Shown: positions 25,191 to 46,750, counted from the whole stretch's first letter. The stretch: DNA of 63,504 nt, filler included, from Octopus bimaculoides (GCF_001194135.2; 8 parts of 6 records of this genome joined end to end with filler, not necessarily neighbours in it), one strand, 5' to 3'. Numbers and translations: made by a program. Notes: generated from the letters alone by a model not told the origin.

Positions 25191-26239
25191 TAAAAAGGCG
25201 AAAGGTTCGGGAGGAATATTAATGAGATCAATCTTACCGGCCTAGGAGGGCCTGCACTTCCTTCAGAAACAGCAATTCCTTTTCTCAAAGAATATGTTAT
25301 TAGCTATAAGTTAACTACATTTAATTAATCATAGATTTTTCTAATATACATTGTTTATGTATACGATATTGATCTCAAATTTTGGCACAAGGCCTGCAAT
25401 TTGGGGGGGGGGTGGAATTTGAACTTAGAACATTGAGGCTGATGAAATGCCGATTAAGCTTCTTAACCGACGTGCTTACGATTCTGCCAGCTTACCGCCT
25501 TATTAATGCATACGGTATTCATTGTGTGTGTGTGGTGTGTGTGTATATACGTATATATATTCATATATCGATTCCCTGGCTGGTAATTCTCATTTTGAAT
25601 GTGGCATCAAAATTCCACTCCTTTCACATTTATTCAATCTTTTATCCAAACTAAATGCAGTTAACTCTACATTTATTCTTGCATACCTCATCCACATATG
25701 TCAGCATTTATATAGAAGAATGGCACCACGGAAAAATATACATCATATATGTCTGTACTAAACTGAAAAATAAAATCAGAATGTACATGCATTTCCATAT
25801 GCATGTGTGTAACTCCCATCATCAAGATATGTTTTAATAAATGTATTTACAGATTTGAAGACGTGTATTAGATGTATATGTACATACCTACATATATGTA
25901 TTTGTATATGTGTATGTATGTGTGCGTGCGCTTCCGTCAATGTGGATGTGTGTGGGCGTGTCCGTATATATACGTATGCCGTCAATTACTGAATTGCAGG
26001 TACGTATATAGACTTTATGAACATGCTTCGAGTTCTCACCATCGGAAACCCGAACTATACTACGGACGTAGATCTACATATACATACTATACATGCTCCG
26101 GATATGCATGAATTATATGGATGAATAATGACACCTGAATTACGAATATATNNNNNNNNNNNNNNNNNNNNNNNNNNNNNNNNNNNNNNNNNNNNNNNNN
26201 NNNNNNNNNNNNNNNNNNNNNNNNNNNNNNNNNNNNNNN

Positions 26240-26299
<60 letters not shown>

Positions 26300-26841
26300 T
26301 GCATGTTCCTCGGTAAACGTGTATTCAAATATATACGGAGTTGTAGGGGGCTTGTTCTATGTATATACCCGATTATGCATATATGTATGCGTGTATGTAT
26401 GTATTTATGTATGTACGTATGTGTAAGTATGAGCGTGTATATTTCTTTGCGTACGCGCATGTATGCGCGCACATTTGCTTGTGTGTGTGTATGTGTGCGT
26501 GTGTATATGTGTGCGTGTGTATGTGTGTGTGCTATTATTATGAAACAGCTTTGCATATTTTTACACGCGCATTCACATTACGAAGTTGCAATGTGTACCT
26601 TGTTCAATATTTTATATACACTCTGCGTGTGTTCTTTCAGTTTTTTTTCCTCCCGCCCACCATCGAACCCAGACTCTGTTAAACCTCCTTACCAGTGATT
26701 TATTTTACTATAACGATCTTTATGTTTTAATATTTTTGCCTTTCTCTCTCCTTTTTCTACCTTTTTATTTTCATATGTAATTTTATTTACAAATTGTTTT
26801 TTACTCTTCACTCTACACACAAACACACATGTATACATATA

Positions 26842-26886
<45 letters not shown>

Positions 26887-26894
26887 ATACTCTT

Positions 26895-27270
26895 TACTCT
26901 TTTACTTATTTCAGTCATTTGACTGCGACCATGCTGGAGCACCACCTTTATAGTCGAGTAGATCGACCCCAGAGCTTATTCTTTGTAAGCCTAGTACTTA
27001 TTCTATCGGTCTCTTTTGCCGAACCACTAGGTTACGGGAACGTAAACACACCAGCATCGGTTGTCAAGCGACAAACACACAAGCATATTCACACACATAC
27101 ATATATGCATATACAACGGGCTTCTTTCAGTTTCCGTCTACCAAATCCACTCACAAGGCTTTGGTCGGTCCGAGGCTATAGTAGATGACACTTGCCCAAG
27201 GTGCCACGCAGTGGGACTGAACCTGGGACCATGTGGTTGGTAAGCAAGCTACTAGCCACTCTTGCGCCTG
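26895..27270 (-). mobile_element. SINE family A, full length, well preserved
   Basis: Both arms present, CpGs largely intact. Confidence 0.88.
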
Positions 27271-27305
27271 TATATTTACTAGTATGTTTCTACATATATA
27301 ATCTT

Positions 27306-27405
27306 NNNNNNNNNNNNNNNNNNNNNNNNNNNNNNNNNNNNNNNNNNNNTTAATTAATTAANNNNNNNNNNNNNNNNNNNNNNNNNNNNNNNNNNNNNNN
27401 NNNNN
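27306..27405. other. Artificial assembly spacer 44N-TTAATTAATTAA-44N; also at 30505, 45203, 51925, 54636, 58421 and 60631
   Basis: Identical 100-nt construct seven times. The 12-mer has stop codons in all six frames. Confidence 0.97.
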
Positions 27406-27524
27406 AGGGCATATAAACCCCTCATAAATTCTTTATTTTTAGGAATTTTCACAAAATTTTTGCATAGTCGTATGAATTAAATTACGAGGGATTATATGTC
27501 GTGCGTGAAGTATAATTCTACCTT

Positions 27525-27645
27525 TCAATTTCCGTCTACCAAATCCATTCACAAGGCTTCAGTCAGCCCAAGGCTATAGTAGAAGACACTTGCCCAAAGT
27601 ACCACGCAGTGGGACTGAACCTGGAACCATGTGATTGGGAAGCGA
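27525..27645 (-). mobile_element. SINE family A, head arm
   Basis: Reverse complement of the family A head. Confidence 0.78.
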
Positions 27646-28549
27646 TCTTAGCTGAATGTCTGATGTTGTTATAACTCACAGACCATAATTCGCTCCCAGT
27701 TCTTTCTTCGTTGCATTCTTCTTTTCCACCTTGGCCTAAATCTCATAACTGAATCGTAATTTCCAGTATTTGAGTTCGTATCCAGCAGAAATCAGCCTTA
27801 CCTTTAATCATTCCCTCCCGGGGGTCGATATTATTAAGTCCCAGTCAAGAAACTCCTGTCCTGAAATTACAGGCTTTGTTCTCAAATCACAAACAATTAT
27901 ATGTGTATCGTTATAGCTACATCTCTTTTGATGTATCCACTGTGACATAAAATAAATGTTTTTTAAGTTTCGATATCGAAATCTTTCATTGTTTCGTTTT
28001 GTCTTTGCTACACCATTCCAATTTTTCGTATTTCCCCACATTTTAATATTGAATAGAAAGAGAAAGTTTTTATATTTCCTTTCGCATTTTAGGTGCTTAA
28101 AAAATGCGAAAGGAAATTGATTCGGAGTTAGGGCTGTAACATTAAATAATTTCATGGAAACAACAGCTGCAGAACATATGGCAAAAAAGGTTTCCATATA
28201 CACGTTAAAATACAGTATATCCTATTTATTGAGTACTACATTCCTATCCCCTTCTGTTTCTTTATCGTTTCAGATTAACAGACGATGACGTCATCATAAC
28301 GGTTTTGTATTTTAATTAAATCTGGACAAATTTACCAAGGAGTTTTTTGGCACCACCAGATTCCCATGACGACCACAATTGATGGAAATAAGGCCGCAGA
28401 ACTGTTTGTTGGGAATAAAAAGATGATAACAGAAACTAGGAACAAATGTTCATATTTTTGGGGTGAAAAATGAGAAATTATGGCAAATGAATTTACTGGG
28501 TACCATGTTAAATGTAAGACACAGAGTAAAAGTATATAAGTTTTTCTGA

Positions 28550-29338
<789 letters not shown>

Positions 29339-29568
29339 AAATTATTCCAGTGCTAAAAACGATGTCTTCTATAGAAATTTCTGAACTTTTTATGCAAATA
29401 TTCAAACTGTAGAGATAACTTTAAAAATTAATTTAATTGCACTGCTAACACAGGTAGGACAAGTATTAACTTATAAAGCCTTTAGTATACTTGGTACTGT
29501 ATTTCGGTTGCATAATGAAATACGATGTCCCTGCTAGCAATTAATATATATTACTTTATATATATAAA

Positions 29569-29775
29569 CGGTAACGAGCTATCCGGATCGTTAGCATGTC
29601 GAGCAAAATGCTTTGCAGCCTTTTGTCTGTCTTTAGAATCTGAGTTCAAATTCTGTCGAGGTCGACATTGCTTTTCATCCTTTCAGGGTTGATAAAATAA
29701 GTACCAGTTGAGCACTGGGGTTGATGTATTCAACTTACCCCTTCCCCCCAATGGTCTTGTGTTAAAGTTTGAAAG
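29569..29775 (+). mobile_element. SINE family C, downstream of the zinc-finger ORF
   Basis: Homologous to 55213-55426. Confidence 0.82.
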
Positions 29776-30111
29776 TAATACATATTATTTTATGCATGAA
29801 TAAACACATAGGTGGAGGCATGACTGTATGTTTCAGCCTTCTTCAGGTGTCTTGTGAGTTCACGTTAACGTTTTGTCTGAGATTAAACTCAGGACATCAA
29901 GGTGAATGCCTTTATCCTTTAAGCCATGCCTGTAGGCTGTGACTGAGTCAATTTATGAAGCTTATAAAGCTTCATTGATGTCTTATGCCGATTGTTCCAT
30001 GCCCGTAAGGGAGAACTGCATCTTGAAGATGAAACAATTGTTGTGGTAATATAAAGTCTTTTGTTAGCACATTCCGTTTTCTCTTTTTATCTCTAAGATA
30101 TATATATATGT

Positions 30112-30504
30112 AGCTCAAAATATCTGGCAGTGTTGGCTACAGCCTAGTCACCCGTATTACGAACCAGGTGATACACGAAGGAGTCATACCCAATGACTGG
30201 TGTAGCAGCACCATAGTAAACTGCTACAAAGGTAAAGGTGACGCTTTAGATACAAATAATTACAGAGGTATCAAGCTGTTAGATCAGGTTATGAAAGTTA
30301 CGGAGAGGGTCATAGCCCAACTAATTAGGGAGCAAATCAATTTAGATGAGATGCAGTTTGGATTCGTGCCAGGTAAAAGCACCACTGATGCCATATTTCT
30401 AGTGAGACAGCTGCAGGAGAAATATCTAGCCAAGGATAAACCTCTGTACCTGGCCTTCGTTGACATGGAGAACGCCTTTGACAGGGTCCCCCGATCCCTT
30501 ATCT
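30112..30504 (+). mobile_element. RTE-clade LINE RT fragment (family 1)
   Basis: VIHEGVIPNDWCSSTIVNCYKGKGDALDTNNYRGIKLLDQVMKV...QFGFVPGKSTTDAIFLVRQLQEKY...AFVDMENAFDRVPR. Near-identical by eye to the copy at 53150-53470. Cut by a spacer. Confidence 0.92.
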
Positions 30505-30604
30505 NNNNNNNNNNNNNNNNNNNNNNNNNNNNNNNNNNNNNNNNNNNNTTAATTAATTAANNNNNNNNNNNNNNNNNNNNNNNNNNNNNNNNNNNNNNNN
30601 NNNN

Positions 30605-30703
30605 CGTTGTAAGGCTTTCTTTTTTAGTTGATTTTCAGCTAGCAAGACTTATCGTAGATGGCATAATAAGTCACACCCGGACGAGGTCGGGTTATACTGC
30701 TAG
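30605..30703 (+). mobile_element. Helitron-type 3' terminus
   Basis: GC-rich hairpin ACCCG-gacgaggt-CGGGT (30675-30692), short spacer, then CTAG|T at 30700-30704. The 5' part is lost in a spacer gap. Confidence 0.6.
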
Positions 30704-31168
30704 TATATATATATATATAACCCTACGTGAACACACAGCACACAAACTTCGCACAAAGAAGAAACATGCCGCAATGACGAACTATCGCAGCATACAAGAA
30801 CACCATGCCCAAAACAAAAAACAAATAATGCAATCAATTAATCACAAAAAATATTTACCCATAAAGACAAATCTAAGGGAGACAAACATCCAAAAAAATG
30901 CCGCGCAAGAGTGACGTCCCTTGATTCGTTAATTCATTGTTTTATTTACACGAATTTACAGGAGATACCGTGAACGAAGCGAGACAAGTTTTCAAAACGG
31001 AGGCGAACACCTTTCGCCATATGATCGGCTTGAAAAATTGTTAAGACATTAGGATATTTTCCTACTTTTTAAAACATGAAATCAATGATAGCCCTAATTC
31101 ACAAATAAAGAAAATATATATCTACCAATGCGGTGTTGAGCACTCATTTGTTCGACATTTACGTATAT

Positions 31169-31240
<72 letters not shown>

Positions 31241-32192
31241 ACTTGGGGATGGTCATATTGCCAGTTTAGCCAATAAAAACACACGCACTGTATATTTGGT
31301 GTTAATTTTTTTTTTTTCAGCTTTATATTACATTAATCTTAATCTTAATCTTATTTCGGCCCGAGTTCTTTCGTCACACTTCTGTGACCTCATCAGTGGT
31401 CCTTTGTTTCCTTCTTTCTTATGTGTGTCTCACCTTGCTAACTATCAGCCATTTTATATATATANNNNNNNNNNNNNNNNNNNNNNNNNNNNNNNNNNNN
31501 NNNNNNNNNNNNNNNNNNNNNNNNNNNNNNNNNNNNNNNNNNNNNNNNNNNNNNNNNNNNNNNNNNNNNNNNNNNNNNNNNNNNNNNNNNNNNNNNNNNN
31601 NNNNNNNNNNNNNNNNNNNNNNNNNNNNNNNNNNNNNNNNNNNNNNNNNNNNNNNNNNNNNNNNNNNNNNNNNNNNNNNNNNNNNNNNNNNNNNNNNNNN
31701 NNNNNNNNNNNNNNNNNNNNNNNNNNNNNNNNNNNNNNNNNNNNNNNNNNNNNNNNNNNNNNNNNNNNNNNNNNNNNNNNNNNNNNNNNNNNNNNNNNNN
31801 NNNNNNNNNNNNNNNNNNNNNNNNNNNNNNNNNNNNNNNNNNNNNNNNNNNNNNNNNNNNNNNNNNNNNNNNNNNNNNNNNNNNNNNNNNNNNNNNNNNN
31901 NNNNNNNNNNNNNNNNNNNNNNNNNNNNNNNNNNNNNNNNNNNNNNNNNNNNNNNNNNNNNNNNNNNNNNNNNNNNNNNNNNNNNNNNNNNNNNNNNNNN
32001 NNNNNNNNNNNNNNNNNNNNNNNNNNNNNNNNNNNNNNNNNNNNNNNNNNNNNNNNNNNNNNNNNNNNNNNNNNNNNNNNNNNNNNNNNNNNNNNNNNNN
32101 NNNNNNNNNNNNNNNNNNNNNNNNNNNNNNNNNNNNNNNNNNNNNNNNNNNNNNNNNNNNNNNNNNNNNNNNNNNNNNNNNNNNNNNNNNNN

Positions 32193-32228
<36 letters not shown>

Positions 32229-32289
32229 AATTAAAAGACGGAACTTATATAACAGCAGAGATGTGAATATTTGTATTGAAGAAAGAAGC

Positions 32290-32470
32290 AGACGAAATCA
32301 ACGCAAGCGTAACTGACTAGTGAAAGCTCTAAGATGAAGATTATTGGAGAATTGATCGGCAAATAGAGAAAATGTAGAGAAAAGACAAGAAGCAGTGGCT
32401 AGAAAAGAATGGTATGGAAGCTGAAGAAGCTGTAGACAGAAATGATCTGTGAAGGAACAAGCGCAATGAA
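32290..32470 (+). mobile_element. Possible highly decayed RTE-like linker fragment
   Basis: Reads ...IEKM*RKDKKQWLEKNGMEAEEAVDRNDL, resembling the RTE pre-RT helix. Short and interrupted. Confidence 0.35.
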
Positions 32471-32974
32471 TAATTCCCGTCTACTGATCAAGGTTAAGGA
32501 TGGTAGACTGCTTATAATGGAGGAAGAATATGCAGCATGCTGAAAAGAGCATTGTCGTGAAGTTCTCAAACAACTGATTCCAGCAATCACTCTTGAAATG
32601 AGCAATGAACCAATCGTAAATGAACTGCTAAAAATGCTATCCAAATTTCTCTCAAACCAAATTCAACACTTTTAAAATGTGACAAGTAGATCTAAAGTGT
32701 ACTATTTCTGTAGCGGCTGTATGTCCTTGGCTTGTGTGCCTTTTCACTACAAGTCTGATTGATTATCGATGACGAGAAGCTTACTTAGCAGTAGCAGCAG
32801 CAACATCAATAACAACAACAAAACAAAAACAACGTAAACAACAACAATAATAATACTTTTGAGATTCATTATATTTCCAGTTGTAGCAATTTCACTTCCT
32901 CTAAATCGTTATTTTTAAAACTTTCATTCATTAAATAAAATATTCAAATAATATTCCTTGATTACTATTTTTAG

Positions 32975-40674
<7,700 letters not shown>

Positions 40675-40778
40675 TTGTTGTAATTACGTGTAATTGTTGT
40701 AATTATGTTCATTTCTAGAACATTTTGAGATGTAATTTTTATCTAAAACTATTTGTTTAATATTATTCACAAATGATC

Positions 40779-40784
40779 AATAAA
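40779..40784 (+). promoter_or_regulatory. Candidate polyadenylation signal of the CYP4 gene (second AATAAA at 40899-40904)
   Basis: AATAAA about 105 nt after the stop codon. The hexamer is common in AT-rich DNA, so support is positional only. Confidence 0.4.
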
Positions 40785-41329
40785 AAAAATGTAGAAGGTT
40801 ATTCACGTTGAGGTAGGTATACATATCTGCTTGAAACGTTTGTGAGTGTATATATATATATACACATATACTAATATACAATATTCAAAAAGTTAGTTAA
40901 TAAAATATTTTATCATATTATCTTCTCTTGGAAAATTGATCACTTGAACAAAACACTTATCTTTTCTAAGGTTTAATTTTTTATAATACATCCTCACAAG
41001 TCAAACTGGACTTTATCGTTCAATATAATACTTTGAATACATTGTTTGAACTTGGCCTCAAATTCCGATTGTAACGTAGCTTTTCAGACAGTTATTAATA
41101 CATTTTCTAAATGATACCTGTGCGACTCAATTATACGTCCATTGTATAATGATTGTTGCTTAAAAATGTAAACAATATACCTTAATCAATGAAATAGTGT
41201 TTAAAATGTATAAGTATTGTCTTATTGGTCATTAATCAACAGGAATTCGCCTAATACTGCTCTAGAATTGTCTACTTCTACGATATTTTCTTTCGTCCTT
41301 TTTCTTTTCCGTCTTTCATTAAGTAACCT

Positions 41330-42085
41330 GAAGATAGAGACAGAAGCACTCATATGCGAGGCTCAAGAATAAGCGTTAATGACCAACTATATGAAGTGCA
41401 GAATAGACAACACTACCAATAACGATAAATGCAGAATGTATGGTGAGAAGGGTGAAACGATATGGCACATGGTAAGCGAATGCCAGAAACTGACAGAACG
41501 TGAATACAAAAGACACTATGACAATGTGGCAAGAATGATCAATTGGGAGCTCTGTAGAAATCACGGCCTACAAAGAGCAAAGCCGTGGTATGAGAAAACC
41601 TCAGAAAGAATCACCGAGAATGAGAATTGCAAAATCCTGTGGGATGCAATGATCCAGTGCGATCACCTGACCAGACATCGAAAACCGAACATTGTTGTGG
41701 TGAATAAAAAAAGAAAGAACATGTATGATAATCAACATAGTTTGTCCAACAAGATCTATATGAAAGAAGAAAGAAAAACGAACAACTATGACGATTGGAA
41801 GTGGGAAATACGAAGGTTGCGGTCAACGTGGAGTATAGACATGATAACCAATAGTAATTGTGTCGCTTACAAGTATCTGCACTCAATTACCAACATGGTT
41901 AAAAAAAATTGGTGCAAGTGTGAAGGTAGAACATCTACAAAAATCAGCATTGTTTGGAACTGCAAAAATTCTTCGCTGGGTTCTTGAAGCATGACCAGTA
42001 AACAAGTGTCACCTAAGTCTTCTGACTCTGGACAGCTGATACTTTCCATCACACCCAGCAAAATAAGCTGCGAGTTTTTAACAGA
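41330..42085 (+). mobile_element. R4/Dong-like non-LTR retrotransposon, 5'-truncated 3' end (CCHC zinc finger and restriction-like endonuclease)
   Basis: ETEALICEAQE, CRMYGEKGETIWHMVSEC...REYKRHYDNVAR, KILWDAMIQCDH..RHRKPNIVVV. The 3' UTR ends directly in (AAT)n. Confidence 0.85.
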
Positions 42086-42129
42086 TAATAATAATAATGA
42101 TGATAATAATAATAATAATAATAATAATA

Positions 42130-43230
42130 ATGGTGTTAATAAGGCTGAAACCAAAGGTGAAAGCCTTTCGCCTGGCAGGTGCCCCGTGATTGAGCAGCGC
42201 AGGCCCGGTTGTCATCCAGAACAGAAAAGGTGGGACAAGAAGGCAAACCGAACGGTAATTCAATTCTGGATCAGGAGTGAACCCAGCCGAAGGGTATTCA
42301 GACAACGAATGAAAGCAAAATGGAATGAGGTAGGACTCTTCAAAACTAGTGAGCATCGGTTAGCCGACCAGGCAAGAGCAATAAGAGCAAAAGGGTGGTT
42401 AACAGACATGGAATTGAAGAGATAAAAAGGAAAGTAGAAAATAGAAATAATACTTCACCAACAGATAACGTGCCGAGTGAGACCAGAAAAATGAAAGGCG
42501 GCAGTGAAGACGTAGAGCAAAGTGTAAATGCAAATTCATTCTCAGCAAATGAAGCAGAATTAATAAGAGCTATATTCAAGATTACGATAATGACCAAGAA
42601 ATAGTGAGGATGCTGTGACAATATATTAGAGAAGACCAGGATCAAGCACCACCCAATCTGAGGTACATTGATCGACACCAGCCCAAAGTTGAAACCGAAA
42701 AGATAGATTCGGTCCTTGAGCCAGACGAAAAATATAACTAAAACTATCAAGATTATTTGGGCTGCAGACAGAGTTGGATATAAAAGAAAAGAACAAACAG
42801 AATGCAAAGAACCATACTGGCGTAAACGAATTTGTGAGAAACAAAGTTGAAAAGACATTTAGGATAAGTTGATAGATTGAGAAGAGGGGAACTGCAGATT
42901 GAAAGCATAAGAATAATGCTGGAAAGAACAAATAGAATAAGAGATAAAGGTTATGATGTGATACTAGAAGAACTGAAACAAAGAGTAGTATCAATCAAAG
43001 CAAAACTGAAAAGATATAACAGAAAAAGACAGTTCAGGCAAAGCAGATTGTTTGAAGCAAATCAGAATAAACTGTTTCAGGAACTAGATTGGCAAATATA
43101 GGTAAAAATGATGCCAGATGCAGAATGAAGCAGGACATTCTGGAGAGCGATCTGGAACCAACCTGTAGAATATAATGATGAAGCGGAGTAGCTGCATGAA
43201 ATTCAGAATATGTTAAGAAATATAAGTGCA
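42130..43230 (+). mobile_element. R4/Dong-like element, N-terminal part of the ORF, decayed
   Basis: RWDKKANRTV...SEPSRRVFRQRMKAKW...SEHRLADQARAIRAKGWLTDMEL, EPYWRKRI, and KGYDVILEELKQRVVSIKAKLKRY...RQSRLFEANQ are typical R4-clade N-terminal blocks. Starts right after (AAT)n. Confidence 0.8.
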
Positions 43231-43844
43231 AGGTCACCCTCACTTTACATCACTCTATATGTCACAGTTTGGAGATCGCTTAGTTAACCAACAATAAACT
43301 AATTTGGTTACGAGAATATCCCTCTAAACCCACTGTTAAAAAAAGACAGCTTCTGTATGTTGATGGAAACACAATATGCATCAAAATAAAAATCATATTT
43401 CTAAAGACGAGAAATGAATATAAAATATTCATAATGCAATTAACAACAGGTCATCTCAGATATTCAGCTATTTAATAAATGATCATATTTCTAAATGAAC
43501 TCACTCCAAAGATGTATGTGTCTTCTTATCTGTTCCCCCTTCGTGCAATTTAACAAACAGATAGATAGATAGATAGATAGAACCACTTAGAATTCAGTGG
43601 GGCCTTTTTCTACCAACTGATAACTACTTCCAACCCCACTATTGCTACCAAGAAATTATCAAAAGTATCTCAGTTAAAATCTCATATACTACCATCCACA
43701 ATGTCGATCAGGTCATCCACCCGTCTGACATCGTTAAAATTAATACCCCTAGAACACACTCTGATAACCCTAATTACCAAACCGAAGAAGCTTGTAACTG
43801 TTCCGATAAAATCGTGTAACCTCTGAGAAACATATTGCTTATAA

Positions 43845-43906
43845 ACTCTGCCATGTCTGTGAATATATTCTTTCTTAGCCAAGACTGGGCAGCTAGAGAC
43901 AATATG

Positions 43907-43912
<6 letters not shown>
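43845..43912 (-). mobile_element. Short R4/Dong-like CCHC fragment
   Basis: Minus strand reads HIVSSCPVLAKKEYIHRHGRV, homologous to the HMVSECQKL..REYKRH block at 41.46 kb. Abuts (TTA)n. Confidence 0.6.
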
Positions 43913-43940
<28 letters not shown>

Positions 43941-43959
43941 AAACCAAAATTAAAATAAG

Positions 43960-44260
43960 AGTGCCATTGTCATCTAGTGAACGATATTTCGACATCTTGT
44001 GTGTCTTCAACAGGTTCAAAAAATAATTTTGTCAATCTACTTCATTTTTGTTAATATATAAATATGAAGATGGTTCAATGATAGGCCTTTCTTCCCACAT
44101 TAGTAACCCATCTTAACTTTCCTAAGTCTCGTTGTTTTGGGTATTAGTGCAATTACGAAAATTAACGGTGAAAACGAGTCACCTTGGAAGGTTCCCCTTT
44201 TAATATTAACTTCTCCATTACTTGAGTACAATTTGGTTTTCCACTCTTTCGTACTATACA
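43960..44260 (-). mobile_element. R4/Dong-like RT fragment
   Basis: EWKTKL...EVNIKRGTFQGDSFSPLIFVIALIP..RLRKVKMGY followed by a degenerate LNHL motif. Flanked on both sides by (TTA)/(TTG)n. Confidence 0.78.
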
Positions 44261-44854
44261 TCAGAAAAATTATCATTGTTATAATTATTATTGTTGTTGT
44301 TGTTGTTATAATCATCATCGTCATCCCCCTCCTCCCCCTCCTCCTCATTATTATTATTATTATTATTATTATAGACTGAGAGAGAGAGCAATGCATGCCA
44401 TCAAACTGACACCAGGCTACAAATATTCGAATCTCAATATGCCCATCATAACTACCCATCTGATAAGGGTACACCAGGTACATGCACCACAACTATATGT
44501 GCGCAACATGGTGACCTTGTATCAAGAGAAACAGAATTTTCTTCAGGTCGAGTAGCCCATCCATATCAAAAGGGTTGCTTAAGAATGATGAATGAAACAC
44601 CCATGTTTCCAGAAGTGAATTATTCAAACCCCAAAGAATTACTCTCAACACATGGCTATAATGCTTCCCCACTACTCAGGCTCGTGATCAGAGATTCACA
44701 AATCGTCAGCCACTTAGGGACATGCTCAACTGGTTAAGGTCAAGTAATTGACAAGTAAATCTGTGGTATTGAGCAGAATATTTGCTATAGCCCATCTTCA
44801 TTATCAAGACAAAACACTTCCAATCAGTTAAGATCAGAAGCCATGACAAGTGCC

Positions 44855-44965
44855 TGGTAAGACATCAGGGCATTGACAGCCAGTGCCTGATACTGCATCA
44901 AGACATTGAGACCCAGTGCTTGGTACTGCGTTGAGAGCCAGTGCCTGGTACCGCTCCAGGGTATT
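44855..44965 (+). repeat. Four diverged units of about 25-33 bp with core CCAGTGCCTGGTAC
   Basis: caagtgcctggtaag / ccagtgcctgatact / ccagtgcttggtact / ccagtgcctggtacc. Confidence 0.65.
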
Positions 44966-44984
44966 TATTATTATTATTATTATT

Positions 44985-45202
44985 GTTCAGTAGTTTTATT
45001 TTTATAACGTGCTTTCACTTCACTACCGAGCGCAGCTCTGTGCGCCTTGGGTATGTGCTGTGGTTTGCTGTGGTGCTCTTATGTTTACTGTATTGAAAGT
45101 GTTTTGCGTAGAATGTGTGCAGTACCCAGTAGTGCAATTTTCTGTATGTTATATATATTTGTAAGTCCTGGTGTTTTTGTTATGTATTTGTCTGAATATT
45201 TT
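44985..45202 (-). mobile_element. R4/Dong-like 3' end of a different subfamily
   Basis: Minus strand KYITKTPGLTNIYNIQKIALLGTAHILRKTLSIQ*, a short 3' UTR, then (AAT)n. Cut by an assembly spacer. Confidence 0.72.
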
Positions 45203-45302
45203 NNNNNNNNNNNNNNNNNNNNNNNNNNNNNNNNNNNNNNNNNNNNTTAATTAATTAANNNNNNNNNNNNNNNNNNNNNNNNNNNNNNNNNNNNNNNNNN
45301 NN

Positions 45303-45343
<41 letters not shown>

Positions 45344-45765
45344 CATATATATATACATATATATATATGCATATATATATATATAAATGTATATAAGTAT
45401 GTTGCATGTATGTATGTAGAAGTAATTTTATGGCTGCTTCTAAATGTACGAGTATCTTCAAATAGTATTTTGTGGAGCAGAGTTTTGTGTCTCTGGTAGA
45501 AGAAAATGTAAATTGCTTTCCAAACCGTAACACAAACAAGCATACACATGCACCTATGTAGACAGATATGTGTGTGAACATACACACAAACAAAGCATAT
45601 ATGTAAAAGAGACACAAAAAGACAGGATGAGAAAAAGGGAGATAGATGTGTATATTTGTCCATTTGTGCATGCACACATACACACATGTGTGCTTAATAT
45701 TTTTAACTGCTTTTTACAGATTTTGCGGACGGAAAGACTACAATTACTTCCAAAGAAATTCAAAT

Positions 45766-45842
<77 letters not shown>

Positions 45843-46479
45843 CACACAAACTTATTAACAATGTATTTGAAACACTGTGGAAGTAAAGTAATAAATGCAA
45901 CCAGCAAAAATATATTTCTTAATTTACTGATAAAATTTTAGTTTTTCTGTCACATGTTTGCAAACCAAGAACTTTGGAGTAATTTCTAATAATGAATTCT
46001 ATTTATTATTTCCAGTGGCAAATTTATGGGATAACATGAAACAATAAACGTAAAAATATTACTGGTATGTAATTTATTATTTTATTGTCCTTCTCTTGAG
46101 TTATACTAAATACAATGTGTGTGTACATGCATGCGTTTATATAAATACATCTTCATACACACACACATGCACGCACACAAACATGTATATGCATGCATAG
46201 AAACATACATACAAACATATATAAAGACATATATACATGGTGCAATTGGTACAATGTTATCATATTATATTTATAATTTTTCACATGTTCATTGTTTGTT
46301 TTTGATTTTGCTGACTATCCAGTATTGTAGGGTCAGTTGGGCACCAATTGTGAGAAAAACAGCACCATGACACAATTCGCTTTGCCAGAAATTTGGAAAT
46401 GACATGCTGTACTGTTTGGCATTCAAGCCAGAATCTTCGATACAAACATTTCAGAGTGTTTGGGTGTCAGTCTGAGGAC

Positions 46480-46750
46480 ATGTACTGAGAGTGATAAGAA
46501 TCAAACATCCACTCAACATGATGATGTTTGGAGTAATCACTTGTGATGGTGACGTTATGTCTCCATTTATCTCCACACATGGTGTCAGACTCAACATGGA
46601 GGCCTACATCAAGTGCCTGGAGGAGGTAGTGCTGCCCTGGGTCAAGAGCATGGCTGCTGGGAGACCCTATGTCTAGCAACAGGATTCTGCATTATACCAC
46701 ACACGCAGGAGAACCCAAACATGGCTGTTGGACAATTTCTGTGACCAATA
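46480..46750 (+). mobile_element. Tc1/mariner (maT/DD37D-like) transposase relic
   Basis: KHPLNMMMFGVITCDGDVMSPF...GVRLNMEAYIKCLEEVVLPWV...AGRPYV*QQDSA..HT.RRTQTWL, covering the second catalytic Asp (QQDSA). In-frame TAG replaces Trp. Confidence 0.8.

Noticed and set aside
25775-25790. Search of 1-32.9 kb for CYP exons 1-3; weak look-alikes near 10.05 kb and 25.71 kb (coordinates here are only a placeholder near the latter)
   Set aside because: Neither encodes the expected LWxGP or WLGxGLLTS motifs or has a matching donor.
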